IMG/VR virus record: IMGVR_UViG_3300020037_004820
Source: a virus
Lineage: Duplodnaviria; Caudoviricetes
Length of the DNA: 64,000 nucleotides
Strand: one strand, 5' to 3'
Of this stretch, positions 20,252-31,900 are shown in pieces. Within the stretch, counting starts at the first letter, position 1, and every line of letters starts with the position of its first letter. The notes under the pieces were generated by a model. That model saw nothing but the letters and a program-made list of their open reading frames with translations. It searched no databases and was not told where the DNA came from. Both the position numbers and the translations under genes were made by a program.

Positions 20252-21160
20252 TTAAAAATCTGATTCTGGATCATTAACTCTAAATAAAGGCAGCCCTTTA
20301 TCGTGAACCCATCTACAAACTTGTAAACGGTCATCCACCCACGCAGAAATAAAATATTTTCCATCAATTTGTTGAGTATATATTTCTTCTTTTATTATAA
20401 CGTCTTTTCGTTGATCACCTGTTTTTCTCATATATAAAATATAATCTGTTATATCTGGTAAATATGTTTCATAAAATTTAATGGTAGGTTCTCTATATTT
20501 ATCCTCTCTGCCGCTAAGAAAAATAATTTGATATCCAGCGGAGTGATATAGTTTAATCATTTCTATAACATGTTCGTGAGGTAGATCTTTATCACAAGTA
20601 GATGCATCGTAAGGATTTCTACCATTTAGAAGGGACAATGTACCGTCGTTATCACATATAACTGCTTTAGGCAGAGAAGGATCTTGAATCAGATTACTGG
20701 ATTCAGGTTTAGCGATAAATTCTTTTCGAGGCTTGTATTTGCCCCAAAGAATTTCACGGCCTTCTTTAGCAAATTTAACAATAACGTCTTCGGGAACTTT
20801 TCGAGCACGTTCCTTATTACGTTTTATGCATTCTTGTAAAGATGTATCGAAAATCTTCTCTTCATAAAGAACATCCCCTACAAGGGATGCTATATTAAAT
20901 AAATCTTGTCTATAGCTTGCGCGAATGTTGCAATTATCAACTATAACATTCATATCCGCTTTTAATGCTTTGAGCATAAGCGTGGTTTGAAGTTTAGTAA
21001 CTAAACCTTCAATTAAGGGATTGTGTTCGGTTCCAAACATGGTCATACGAATATCATCTCGTGATATTCTGAACCAGTTTTCTTCCTTCTTAAGGAAGTC
21101 CATTGCATATGTGGACTTGCCCGAACAGGGCAGACCGATTAAAACTTGTAACTTTTTCAT
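20252..21160 (-). CDS. pseT: Polynucleotide kinase / 3'-phosphatase (T4 PseT-like)
   Basis: P-loop GLPCSGKST, SRDDIR, HAD motif DNDGT, SGRE, DDRLQV. Confidence 0.9.
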   Translation of the reverse strand: MKKLQVLIGLPCSGKSTYAMDFLKKEENWFRISRDDIRMTMFGTEHNPLIEGLVTKLQTTLMLKALKADMNVIVDNCNIRASYRQDLFNIASLVGDVLYEEKIFDTSLQECIKRNKERARKVPEDVIVKFAKEGREILWGKYKPRKEFIAKPESSNLIQDPSLPKAVICDNDGTLSLLNGRNPYDASTCDKDLPHEHVIEMIKLYHSAGYQIIFLSGREDKYREPTIKFYETYLPDITDYILYMRKTGDQRKDVIIKEEIYTQQIDGKYFISAWVDDRLQVCRWVHDKGLPLFRVNDPESDF

Positions 21161-22540
21161 ATTTTACTCCACTAGTGAAAGATTTCCTATATTTTCATCA
21201 ACTAAAGATAGTCTTCCTCTAAAACTCTCTTTATAAGATTCTCTAGAGTGATGAATAGTAAAAGATCTATTATTTTCATCGTTAGCGATGAGTTGGTAGA
21301 CATATTCATTTGCGGCAATATATGAAAGAAATTCTCCATGATAATTGCCATCAGAATCTGAGATTACGTAATAATCTCCTGCCCACATTTACTTACCCAA
21401 AGATTTTTTTAAAAGCTTCTACTTCTTGAATAAGTCTTTTCAATTTTTGCTCAGAAGTTATTGCTTTCCAGGCTTCTAATTCTATTATATATTTTTCATG
21501 AGCAACATTATATATTTCTTTAGCCTGAATATAGGCTTCTAATTCTTTTTCGTATTTAACTATATTGGCTTTATGTCGAACTGTTAATTCGGCAAAGCGT
21601 GGATTGGGAATCTTTGAATAACAAACTCCTCGAACATAAAAACTAGGCTGTTCATCATAATAGCCATGTCCAGTAGAATGCATGTATAATTTGCATTGTT
21701 CTAATGGAACATTGGGAGGAAACCTATCCAACAAATCTTCTATAGATATTTCTTCGTCACAAGAATAGCTTGTTAAAGGAGAAATATAAAAAATTTGCTT
21801 ATCTTCTATAAATTCAGAAGGAGGAACAGGTTCAACTGGTTTTTTAACACCAATTTTTGGAGCAGTTGGTCGTTTCATTTATCCTCCTATTAATAGGTAT
21901 CCAAACCCTACACAGCATAGGATGATTCCTATGAGAATAAGAATGAACATTGTTCTTTCACGCATTTAATATTCTTTTAAATTAAAGTAAAAACTACAAC
22001 ATAATAAATCACCAAAAGTATAAGAGCTATACTTCCTAAAACTTTATCTAAAAGAGTCTTATCATCTTTTGCAAAAAGATATCCAAGATATCCTCCGAGA
22101 AACATTGCAAGTAAGACAATGCCAAAAGGCATATTATTCCTCTTCTTTTTCTTTATGTTTAGGCTTTTTAAATCTTTTGGACTTAAAAATCTTAGACGGA
22201 GGTAACCATTGTTTAGAGGTTCCACCGTCTTCGAAAAACTTTCTACGAATTATATCCTTTGTTATTTTCAAAGGATCATATTTCTTCTTTTTGCTCATAA
22301 TCCTTAACACCATAAATTAATAAATCTACATTATAGTCGTGCCCTTTATGACATAGACTACAATTATAACAATTTGTTATTGCGTAAGCACTGTTAATCT
22401 TTTGAATTATTAGATAAACAAAATCATACATAGAATGTAAATATTCTGTTATTTCTTCCATTGAAGAAAAAATAGTTAAATATTTCAATTTACGATTGCC
22501 ATCACAGATAATGTATTTCATGATACTTCCTTTTATCTTA

Positions 22541-22567
22541 TGCGCAATGAAGGAATTGAACCTTCTC
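22541..22567 (-). pseudogene. Isolated tRNA T-arm / 3' fragment
   Basis: GAAGG-TTCAATT-CCTTC-ATTGCGC with no upstream D or anticodon arm. Confidence 0.4.
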
Positions 22568-22578
22568 AGAAAAGGATC

Positions 22579-22654
22579 TGGTAGCACTAATCAGATTCGA
22601 ACTGATACTTAATCCCTTTTGAGGGGAGCGCCTCTGCCGTTGGGCTACAGTGCC
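22579..22654 (-). tRNA. tRNA-Leu(CAA), short variable arm
   Basis: GGCACTG/TAGTGCT, CT-CAA-AA, ACCA; paralogous to Leu(TAG). Confidence 0.85.
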
Positions 22655-22885
22655 ATATTAAATATTTTTCCATCCTTTTGTATAAATTGCATGTCCGAGT
22701 ACAGAACTTATAAATATAGTTGCAATTACGAATCCAATTGAGGCGGGAATTGCATTTTCAAGCACAAAATAGCAAAAGGCTGCTCCAAAGCAACCAAATG
22801 AAAAAATGCTAAAAAGTAAAAACAAAAGTTCTCCAAGGAATATTAATATCTTTACGAAACTCATAGCGAGTCCTTTAAAGGAATT

Positions 22886-22962
22886 TGGTGGGCTACTGAG
22901 AAGTCGAATCTCAAACCTTTCCCTTCGTAGGGGAATGCTCTATCCAATTGAGCTAGTAGCCC
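22886..22962 (-). tRNA. tRNA-Arg(ACG)
   Basis: GGGCTAC/GTAGCCC, TTCCC-CTACGAA-GGGAA, ACCA. Confidence 0.9.
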
Positions 22963-23710
22963 GGAAACTTAATTAGTAAAGATATATTTTTGAATATTTA
23001 ACAAATTCTCATTTGTCGGCTGATTACATAGCCAATTAATAGATCTAATCGCATGAGTCTTTGTTCCAAATACTTTAGAATAAGAAGCATCATCATTTCC
23101 CATTAAATAAACTTTATAAGGTTTTTCTTTAGAAGCCTGATACAAAGAATATTTGGGCTCAACCCATCCATATTTTAAATAATCCTGAGTTTGAGCTTCA
23201 TCTAGCTGTTTAATGCTAGGCAGTAAAGGTGATTTATTTTTAAATAAATGCATAAGACAATAGTTACCAGGAAAGGGTCCTCCCCAAATACTGGCATCTT
23301 CATCATTCCATTTTATGAAACCATGAAGAATTGTCTTATATTTATCATTATCTTTTCTTCTGGAAGTATACTCAAAATAATGAGGTCTTTCTTCTGGGAA
23401 TATTTCAAAATATTTCTCATGGGAAAGAATATTTGGAGGAAAAGTCATTTACTATCCTTTAGGGATTAGGATCGACAATTACACATTTAGAAATGGTAAT
23501 ATTGACACCTGCCATTATGTTTCTGCGTCCATTAACATAAAGATTGGAATTTTTTGCATCACAAGTTCTTTTAAAGGTTCTTGCCTCCGCAAAATTAGAT
23601 GTCCATTCTAGGCGCTTATTTGTTCCATAGAACTTTGCACCATTTTCTGTCTTGGTAACTACATAGCAAAATTGAACTTTATCTGTCATGGTGATTCTCC
23701 GCTTTGACTC

Positions 23711-23842
23711 ACAATATACACTACGCATTACCAGTCAAGGGCTTTGTAGACCGAGCGACAAAGCGAGCGCTCGGTCAAGGGGCCTATCATTAGATAGGCA
23801 CTGTCGCAGGTAGCTTGACGTTTCCTTTTCGGTGATTATAAT
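23711..23842. promoter_or_regulatory. Divergent sigma70-like promoters at the strand switch
   Basis: Minus: TTGACT-16-TATTGT. Plus: TTGACG-16-TATAAT. Between them the gaccgagcg/cgctcggtc inverted repeat. Confidence 0.7.
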
Positions 23843-24066
23843 TATAGAAGAATATACAAATATATTCAGAGGCATCATGAAGAAAGAAATAGTGGGTATA
23901 AATCACTTAAAAGAAGTATCTAGATTATTAGCAAGAACATATAATCTTTTAAATGAAGGAAAAGACATTTTACCTTATGCTAAATGGCAAGATTTGATAT
24001 CATCTATTAAAGATGAAGTCAATGAACATATTATAGATAATACCAAAATAATTGGAGAAGAATAAT

Positions 24067-24780
24067 ATGAATTTAGAAGAAATGGTCCTGAGTTATCAAA
24101 AAGATTCTAATAAAGAATTGCTTGAAGAAATATTAACAAAATGTAACTCTTTTGTTAAAAGTTTATCTACATATTATTTCCTTAAAAACAGAAAGAATAT
24201 CTTATTAGAAGATTTAAGATCATCTGCTATAGAAGGATTGATAATATCTATTAACAAGTTTAATCAAGATAAAAGTAAAAGTTTTGAACCATATGCTCGA
24301 TTATGGATTTCTGCAAAAATAAGACAATTCTTGCTTAAAAACATAACACCTTTTTCTATAAATGATAAACAAGGCAGACTTAATTTTACGAAATTTTATA
24401 ATTCATCTTCTGACAAAGAATCTAAAGGATATGTATCATTTTTAGATGCATTTAATTTAGCATATCAAGAGCCTGATGAAGAGAGTTATATGTCCAGTTC
24501 TATAACTCCTGAACAGGACCTTTTAAAGAAAGAAGAATTTGCTTTATTCAATAGCGAAGTTGATTCGTTTAAAGAAAAGATAACAGATGTTGAAAACTTT
24601 ATCTTTAGTAAAAGAATTTTATCAGATTCTCCTTTAACTTTAGAAGAAATTTCTAGTAAATTTGATTGTACTAATCAGAATATAGCATATAAAGAAAAGA
24701 AAGTTTTAGATAAATTTAAGAAGCATATTTTGAATTCAAAGTATCGCGAAGTGTTCCAGGCTGGCACGCTCGTTGCATGA
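24067..24780 (+). CDS. RNA polymerase sigma70-family factor
   Basis: Region 2 EDLRSSAIEGLIISINKFN..FEPYARLWI; region 4 HTH TLEEISSKFDCTNQNI. Confidence 0.8.
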   Translation: MNLEEMVLSYQKDSNKELLEEILTKCNSFVKSLSTYYFLKNRKNILLEDLRSSAIEGLIISINKFNQDKSKSFEPYARLWISAKIRQFLLKNITPFSINDKQGRLNFTKFYNSSSDKESKGYVSFLDAFNLAYQEPDEESYMSSSITPEQDLLKKEEFALFNSEVDSFKEKITDVENFIFSKRILSDSPLTLEEISSKFDCTNQNIAYKEKKVLDKFKKHILNSKYREVFQAGTLVA

Positions 24781-24820
24781 CGAAAAAGACGCTTGACGGG
24801 GCGGGTCAAGGGGTTATAGG
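24762..24820 (+). promoter_or_regulatory. Sigma54-like box plus sigma70-like promoter of the ubiquitin-like operon
   Basis: TGGCACG-ctcg-TTGCA (24762-24777); TTGACG-16-TATAGG. Confidence 0.65.
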
Positions 24821-24872
24821 TCGGTGTAGCCGAGTAAGGCGAAAACAGAAAGACAAAGGAAGAGAGGAAAAT

Positions 24873-25067
24873 ATGGCTAATGTTGCAGTGAAGGTTCTCG
24901 GTCGTGATCGTCAGTTCGCCACGGCGAATACCGTTGGTGATTTGAAGACTCAGGTGGGTGTGAATAGCAATTACACCGCTTCGGTCAATGGTTCTCCTGT
25001 CGAGAACGATTTTGCTTTGAGTGACGACGTGTTCGTTACTCTGGCGCCGCCTGTCAAGGGTGGTTGA
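24873..25067 (+). CDS. Ubiquitin-like (beta-grasp, ThiS/MoaD-type) protein with C-terminal GG
   Basis: 64 aa, TVGDLK..ASVNG..LSDDVFVTLAPPVKGG; GAGG RBS. Confidence 0.85.
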   Translation: MANVAVKVLGRDRQFATANTVGDLKTQVGVNSNYTASVNGSPVENDFALSDDVFVTLAPPVKGG

Positions 25068-25085
25068 TTAGTTACTATATGAAAA

Positions 25086-25116
25086 TAGGGCGACTTCGAG
25101 AGGGGTCGCCTTTTTC
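25086..25116 (+). terminator. Hairpin / partial terminator between the Ubl and E2 genes
   Basis: agggcgactt-cgagag-gggtcgcctttttc. Confidence 0.6.
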
Positions 25117-25145
25117 ATTTAACCAGTCCATCCTAAAAGGAAAAT

Positions 25146-26240
25146 ATGTCTAAACAAGAATTGCCCACTTCCCTTAAGATCTATCTTCGTGCCATTCGTA
25201 CTCCCGATAAGCGGAAAGAGTTTCTAGAACTATATCACTATATCCAGCACTTGGCAGGAGATTTTGACGTAACGGTTTCGGAAGCAGACATTCTTGAAAT
25301 GTTCGGAATGGACAATGCTACTTTTCCATCTAAAATTGATATTAACAAGCGGCTATTTAAGCTGGCCCAAACAGACACTGTTAAAAAGGCCGCAGCAGAT
25401 TTTGATATTGCTATTATCAATAGCATGTGTACGAACTATTTCAGTAATGCAGGTAACAAAGAGCAACTACAGCGGTCTATTAGAAATAGCCAAACATCTA
25501 TCAATCGTTGTAACGATGATATTCGCTCTTATGTAACCGCTATCATCGATGCAAAGCGCCAGCTTGTTTCAATGGAAACTAGCGATCATACTGACACTTT
25601 CCTTCGAGAAATCAACAAGATTATTTCTTCTAACAAGTTTGAACAAATTTATTATTACTTGCCGACTCATACTCTTTGTGCAGTTACCAAACCTGTTAAT
25701 ATTCGATATGGCGAAGTCGATTATTCTCTTGGTCAGTATGTAATCGCATTCACTAGCTATGACAAGCGCTTTCATGTTTACCCGCATAAGAATAATATCA
25801 TTGCGGAAGGTGTTGGTCAACGTATTCATCCTCACGTTTTCGAAAGCCGTGAAATTTGCTGGGGAAATGCGAGCGCAACTTATGCGGAATTGATGTCTTC
25901 CCAAAAGATCGGGGAACTATTTCTCATTGCAAATATGATTTTGCATGCATATAATAGGGATTCCCCTGTCAATCCTATCGAAACCTTTAAGAATGACAAA
26001 ACCTGTCCGGTTACGCGAAATACCATACTGTATGTAACGGATTATCCCGTTCATACGCAATTTCTTATTGATCTTTACCCTGAGCTTAAAACGGATAAAT
26101 TGCTTCTGTCAACGTATGTTGCTCGAATCAAGAATGTTCATAACTTCAGTTATAAACTGACGGATGATCCAGTTCAAGAAATCACGCCAGAAGAAAATAT
26201 TGAAAATAATGTGTCCGAAATAATCTCTGAGGTGGCATAA
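25146..26240 (+). CDS. Prokaryotic E2 (UBC-fold)-like protein with N-terminal coiled coil
   Basis: IHPHVFESREICWG resembles the UBC HPN..C active-site motif; operon context. Confidence 0.7.
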   Translation: MSKQELPTSLKIYLRAIRTPDKRKEFLELYHYIQHLAGDFDVTVSEADILEMFGMDNATFPSKIDINKRLFKLAQTDTVKKAAADFDIAIINSMCTNYFSNAGNKEQLQRSIRNSQTSINRCNDDIRSYVTAIIDAKRQLVSMETSDHTDTFLREINKIISSNKFEQIYYYLPTHTLCAVTKPVNIRYGEVDYSLGQYVIAFTSYDKRFHVYPHKNNIIAEGVGQRIHPHVFESREICWGNASATYAELMSSQKIGELFLIANMILHAYNRDSPVNPIETFKNDKTCPVTRNTILYVTDYPVHTQFLIDLYPELKTDKLLLSTYVARIKNVHNFSYKLTDDPVQEITPEENIENNVSEIISEVA

Positions 26241-27169
26241 TGAGTTCCGTTAAAACTGGTCCTTCGACTCCTGTAAAAAATAAGTTTCGTACACCACGTC
26301 TGATTATTCCTCAAGATATTCATCGAAAAATTATGTTTTGGGTAGACGAAGCTAACTTCGAATGCTCATGGTTGGGAACTATTGACCATGATAAAGAAAG
26401 TAACACTTTCTATGTTGTGGATGTATTCCTATTGAAGCAAGAAAATAGTTCAGCTTCTACTGATCTTGACCAAAATGAAATTGCTCGATTGCTCTATGAG
26501 CAGAGAGAAAATCCTTTTGATATCAAGTGGTGGGGACATTCCCACGTTAAGATGGATGTATTTTGGTCAAATACTGACATCGCTACGATGGAAATTCTTA
26601 GCGATGGTGGGTGGTTTATCTCTACGGTGTTCAATCAACACCGTAAAATGAAAACGGCTTTTACACAACTCGATCCTCTTCCTGTTATGATCGATAACAT
26701 CGAAACAACAGTATACGACTTTCTGTCCGAAGCGGAACGTCGCGAATGGAAAGAGGAATTCAATAGTAAAGTTACCAATAAATCTTATTCATATAAATCG
26801 AGTTCGACTACAGCACCTTCCTATTATTCTCAAAATCAAACTCCTGTTGTTGTTCAAACTCCAAAGAATAATATCCCTCCTCCGGCTAATATGCCTGATT
26901 GGAAGCAATATGCAACTGATAAGTGGAAGGAAGGATTACATGCTGCGGAAGCAATTGAAGTAATCAAAGAAGCTAAAAACGTTTATAAATCAGCAGAAGA
27001 AATTATGATGGAAGATGACGCTGGTCCTTTAGATGATATTGGTTTATATATAGCTATGCAGGAGCATGGTAATAGAGAAGAATCAGGAGAGAGAACTCTT
27101 TCTCCACAAGAAGAAGAATTTTTGGCAGAACTTTACGAACAATACGAATTAGCAAGGCAATCAGTATGA
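26240..27169 (+). CDS. JAB/MPN+ metalloprotease (Ubl-processing / deconjugating)
   Basis: N-terminal E (FECSW) and WWGHSHVKMDVFWSNTD = HxH-x7-S-x2-D. Confidence 0.85.
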   Translation: MSSVKTGPSTPVKNKFRTPRLIIPQDIHRKIMFWVDEANFECSWLGTIDHDKESNTFYVVDVFLLKQENSSASTDLDQNEIARLLYEQRENPFDIKWWGHSHVKMDVFWSNTDIATMEILSDGGWFISTVFNQHRKMKTAFTQLDPLPVMIDNIETTVYDFLSEAERREWKEEFNSKVTNKSYSYKSSSTTAPSYYSQNQTPVVVQTPKNNIPPPANMPDWKQYATDKWKEGLHAAEAIEVIKEAKNVYKSAEEIMMEDDAGPLDDIGLYIAMQEHGNREESGERTLSPQEEEFLAELYEQYELARQSV

Positions 27170-27843
27170 TTTCAATCAAAAAAGAACATCTAGTTCGGCA
27201 AGCAGATCTAATTCCTCTTGATGCTTTGAATACTCGTGTTACGATTATCGGAGCAGGAGCAATTGGATCATTTAGTGCTTTTGCTCTGGCAAAAATGGGA
27301 TACAATGATATTCATGTTTTTGATTTTGACGAAGTTAGCGTCGAAAACATGAATGCTCAAATGTATCGTTTTTCAGATATCGGTGGTCAAAAAGTCGAAT
27401 GTTTGAAAGAAATTATCAAAGACTTTGCGAATGTCGATATCGTTGCACATGATTGTAAATATGAAGGTGAAGTTTTTCAAGATATCGTTGTTGCGGCAGT
27501 TGATAACATGGCAACTCGTAAAATGATATACGAGGCGCATCGAGATATGCCATATATCACCAGTTTGTATATTGATCCAAGAATGGCTATTGAATATGCC
27601 TATATTCAGGCTTTTAATCCGAATGATAAAGAGCAGTGCGGTCTATATGAAAAGACCTTGTTTAGCGACGATAACGCTATTCAAGACCGCTGCACCAACA
27701 AATCTACAATATACACGTCTCAACTGATAGGGGCGACCATCGCCAAGATTATCAAAGACATTACTACAAATAAGAGACATATCAATAGAATGATGTGGGA
27801 CATTGCTGGCAACGACGTTATGGAAGTAACGCAGCTCGGCTAA
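27166..27843 (+). CDS. E1-like ThiF/MoeB adenylyltransferase
   Basis: IIGAGAIGS, DFDEVSVENMNAQ, K-VE, AAVDN, DPRM, candidate catalytic Cys in DRCT. Confidence 0.9.
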   Translation: MISIKKEHLVRQADLIPLDALNTRVTIIGAGAIGSFSAFALAKMGYNDIHVFDFDEVSVENMNAQMYRFSDIGGQKVECLKEIIKDFANVDIVAHDCKYEGEVFQDIVVAAVDNMATRKMIYEAHRDMPYITSLYIDPRMAIEYAYIQAFNPNDKEQCGLYEKTLFSDDNAIQDRCTNKSTIYTSQLIGATIAKIIKDITTNKRHINRMMWDIAGNDVMEVTQLG

Positions 27844-27872
27844 AACACAAAATATATATTGAAGTTAAAATC

Positions 27873-27901
27873 AAGGCGGCCATTGGCCGCCTTTTTTTTT
27901 T
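27873..27901 (+). terminator. Intrinsic terminator closing the Ubl operon
   Basis: aaggcggcca-t-tggccgcc followed by a T10 tract. Confidence 0.85.
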
Positions 27902-27925
27902 AAAGCTATTTATAACGAGTTTAAT

Positions 27926-28768
27926 ATGACAATAACATCCTTTTCATTGACAGAAGCACCTATTCCTATTTCTCCTCCTAAAATCGGATTAAATCCTAAA
28001 GGACAAGATTTAAGTGGAAAATTAAGAAGATATAGATCAAGAGGATCATCTAAAGATCAAAATATAGAACCTCCTGTTAAAGACCAATTATCTTTTAATA
28101 TTGTTAAACAAATATTTACTATTCTGAATCCTTCTATTCAATCCTTGGAACAGGCTGCTAGGGAAAGTTCTAAATACAAAGAAACTCTTGCATATCTTAA
28201 TTCACTTGATAAAAATCTGATTGTGAACGTTGATATTGGATTGAGTTATAGAAATTTAGATAGATCATTAAAAACTATTGCTGACCAATCATCTAAAGAT
28301 ATTATTTCTGTTTTCTTTAAAGATCTTACATCTAAGATCAGATTTATCTTTTCTAAGGATAAGAATGATGCAATGTTTGCAACTATATCTTTAAATTTTC
28401 CTATTTCCCATATTCCAGACATCATGTCTATTTTACCTATATTCTATAAAATAGAATTATCTATAGAGAACGTCAAACATACAGTTTACGGAATTTCCAA
28501 ATTAGAAAAATCATATGAGATAGTTCAGAATATGTATAGGACTAAAAAGTCAAATGATGATTTGGAATCAGAGAAAGATGCATCTTTCTCTGATGGAAAA
28601 GATGATGCTTTAAACGCAGCTCAATCCCACGTAAACGTAATAGATCAATCAATCAAATCAGAAAATGATCGAGTTGATCAGATGCCCTTTGATCAACAAT
28701 ATGAATTTATTCATTTAGATAACAAATCTCCAGATTTTACAGGTCCTTTTTTATTAAAATGGACCTGA
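27926..28768 (+). CDS. Hypothetical protein (probable late gene)
   Basis: 280-aa AT-rich ORF preceded by CTATTTATA. Confidence 0.6.
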   Translation: MTITSFSLTEAPIPISPPKIGLNPKGQDLSGKLRRYRSRGSSKDQNIEPPVKDQLSFNIVKQIFTILNPSIQSLEQAARESSKYKETLAYLNSLDKNLIVNVDIGLSYRNLDRSLKTIADQSSKDIISVFFKDLTSKIRFIFSKDKNDAMFATISLNFPISHIPDIMSILPIFYKIELSIENVKHTVYGISKLEKSYEIVQNMYRTKKSNDDLESEKDASFSDGKDDALNAAQSHVNVIDQSIKSENDRVDQMPFDQQYEFIHLDNKSPDFTGPFLLKWT

Positions 28769-28944
28769 TCAGCTATTGATCAATGATTGATCAGCTACTG
28801 ATCATTTTTTATTTCTATATTCGAGCTGGATTGTTAATTAAGTAACTTCGTGGGAATACGTGTCAAGTTAAAAGATATATAGGGTATATCTATAGATAGC
28901 TTATAGTAAATTACCACTATTTATAGCAGGTTTGGAGAGTAATC

Positions 28945-31900
28945 ATGTATAATAATTTGATAATCAATAATATTCAAGAAGCATTTTGGCCAGAAGATAA
29001 AACAAAGTTAAACGGCGCCGCTCCTAAAAAAACAGGAAATCCGCAAAAAGAACCAGAATTATTCGGAAGTGGAGATACGTCAAAAGTAGAAAATGCTTAC
29101 AAAACATATTTTAGAAAATATATTGATGGAGAAGTTACAATTGGAGGAAAACCTTCAAGAAAAACAAATATTACTTTAATAGGTCCTGCTCCTGGTACTC
29201 CAATTGATGAGCAAGAAAAAGCAGAGTTAATTTATAAAGAAGCTGAAGCAATATTAGGCGCATATATTAAAGAAATTTTCGGAGAAGAACAAACACATTT
29301 TAAAGAAGTTTCTAAAAGAGTATCAGATGTAAAAGATTTAGTTAAATCTAAAAATCTTTTACAAAAAGTATATGATAATATATCTAAAAAATTAAGTAAA
29401 TCACAACAAACTAAAGTTGATAAACAAGCTTCATCTATTGTTCATACTGAACCTTCTCATAGAGGAGAATATACTCATTCAACTGAAACTGAAAAAGTTC
29501 CAGCGCCAGGAGATCTTTATGATCAAGAAGGCGCTATTGACCAAGATGTGACAAAAGTTTCAAAACTTGGAAAAGCTGTAAAAAATATTAATGCCCCTTT
29601 AGCAGATGCTGAAAATGCAAATCGTGCAAAAGTTGCAGAAGATAATCGTCCAACAAATCCTTATGTTATATATAATAACAAATCTTCTACAGGTTTTTCT
29701 AGAGTTGTAGTTAGAGCAGATGGTACAGCAATTACTCAAGATGTACCTCAAGCGGAATATTATGCAACAAGTCATATAGGAGTTCCTACCTTAGATGATA
29801 ATAGACTTAATGAAGAACAAGAAAGAATTTCTGTTCAAATAGAAAATTTGACAGCAGAAATAGCGGCTAAATCTCGTGAGAATGATGCTATATCTAAAAT
29901 AGTTGATCCTAAAATTGATCAATATGTTTTACGTGTACTAAATGTTTCTAATGATGGGACATCTTCTTGGCCTAATGCACAAAGAAGACCTCCACAAGCT
30001 AATCCTGCTTCTTCCCCTTTATCATTATATAATCAAGCTATTAAATCGAAAAATCTTGGAGAAGTAAAATCTAATTTTATGGCATTGGAACAAAACGTTG
30101 CTCCAATATTTGCTGATTATTTTGGTTTATCAGAGCTTCATTTGGAAGGTATAGTTGATCAAACTACATCAGAGCCAAAGTTTCCTCAAATTCAATTAAT
30201 GAATTTGATTATATCTAGAGTTATTCAAAAAATTCATTCGGAAGCTAAGAAAAGTGATTTAATCAAAAGAGAGTTATCTTTAATTTCTGCTGGTGAATCT
30301 ACAAAGATAAATGATCCCGCAGCTTTCTATACAACTCCTGGTGGAGAATATAAAGAAAGACTTAATAGAACATTAAAATCTATATCAGAAAATGAAGTAA
30401 TAGCTTTTCAAAAATTGTTTGCAGAAAACAAATATGCTGCAATTGGGCAAGCCTTTTCCAATGCAGAAAGACTTATGTATTCAACTATTCAGAAAAATGT
30501 GAATGCTATAAATGTCTTTTTAAACCAAAACAAAGGATCTGTTTTAGCATATGCTAAATCTTTGCAAGAAAAGATAATAAGATATTCACAAGCTGCTCCT
30601 GTTAATCAATATGAAACAGAATATGAAGATATAGGACTTACAGATGCTTTTGAAAGTCAATCTTCTTTGATTGGTAAAAAATGGAGAGAACGTTTCTCTA
30701 AGATACCCGCAGAAGCAAAACCTTTCTCAGAAATTTCTGCCTTTATAAAGTTAGTGGATTCTAAATTTTCTAATCAAGAAGCTATAGATCAAGAGAATTT
30801 TAAAGTTACAGCTCAAGAAATGTCTTCTACATTTTTTAATCCTGTTTTATTCTTTTTGAGTTTATTAGATAATCCAAATGTATTAAAAAATGATCAAATT
30901 GATGCAACTGAATTAGTACGATCAGATTGGGGCAAAAACCTTAGAGATTATATGGGAGCTCAAAAAATCTCCTATTCAACTCCTAGAGAAGATTTAGCAG
31001 TATTATTAGATATTAACAAATTTATGCGTGATGGTCTAAGTAAAGTAACTGTTGATAATCCTTCTAGTGAGTTAGGTCAAAGATTACAACAAGCTGGGGA
31101 ATCTCAACCATCTCCCGTAAAAAATACTGCTGGTTTACAACTCATGTCTGGAGACAGAGATGTTCTTGTTAATACAAGAGATTTCATTAATAAACTTAAA
31201 ACAGAATTACCAACGAGTTATTCTGCTTTGATATTCTCTGAATTAGGAAGGTTGCGTAAAGAAATATTAGCTAAGAAAGCATCTAAAGAATTTGAAGCAG
31301 CAGCTCAAATATTCAATGGTCCATATTCTAAAGCTAAAGAAGATGTAATTGCCATACTTTCTCCTATATTAAGAGAATTCTTATTTGAAAGATATGCACA
31401 AGATACTAGACTTATTGAAACTGAACATTTGTTTTATGCAATGCTTCGTGAATTCAATAAATTAGTGGAAAATTATGATCCCGACTCTGGACAAGATATT
31501 GAAACTTATCTTTTGTCTGGATTGAAAGATTTTAATCGTTCTAAAGTAGTAAGGGCTATGCATGGTGGATCAGATCGTTTGTGGTATATCCCCCAAGATA
31601 ATGAATCTATTATGGATATTATTCATGCTATATTGGATGCTGCTGAAATCAAAGAAATGCATAAGAAAGAATCTTTTCATAGTGTAAGAGAAATTGCATT
31701 AAAACCTCCAGAGCCAGAATTTAACTCTAATAGTGCTTCTTTAGTTAAGAAACGTTATTTAGAAAAACAAGCTTATGAGGCAGAAAAAGCTCGTTCTATA
31801 AAAAGAGTAGATAAAAGAACAGGTAGAGAAATTTATGAAGTTTTAGATGTTGCAGACAAAGATGTAACATATTATACAATTGAACCTAAAGAATCTATAG

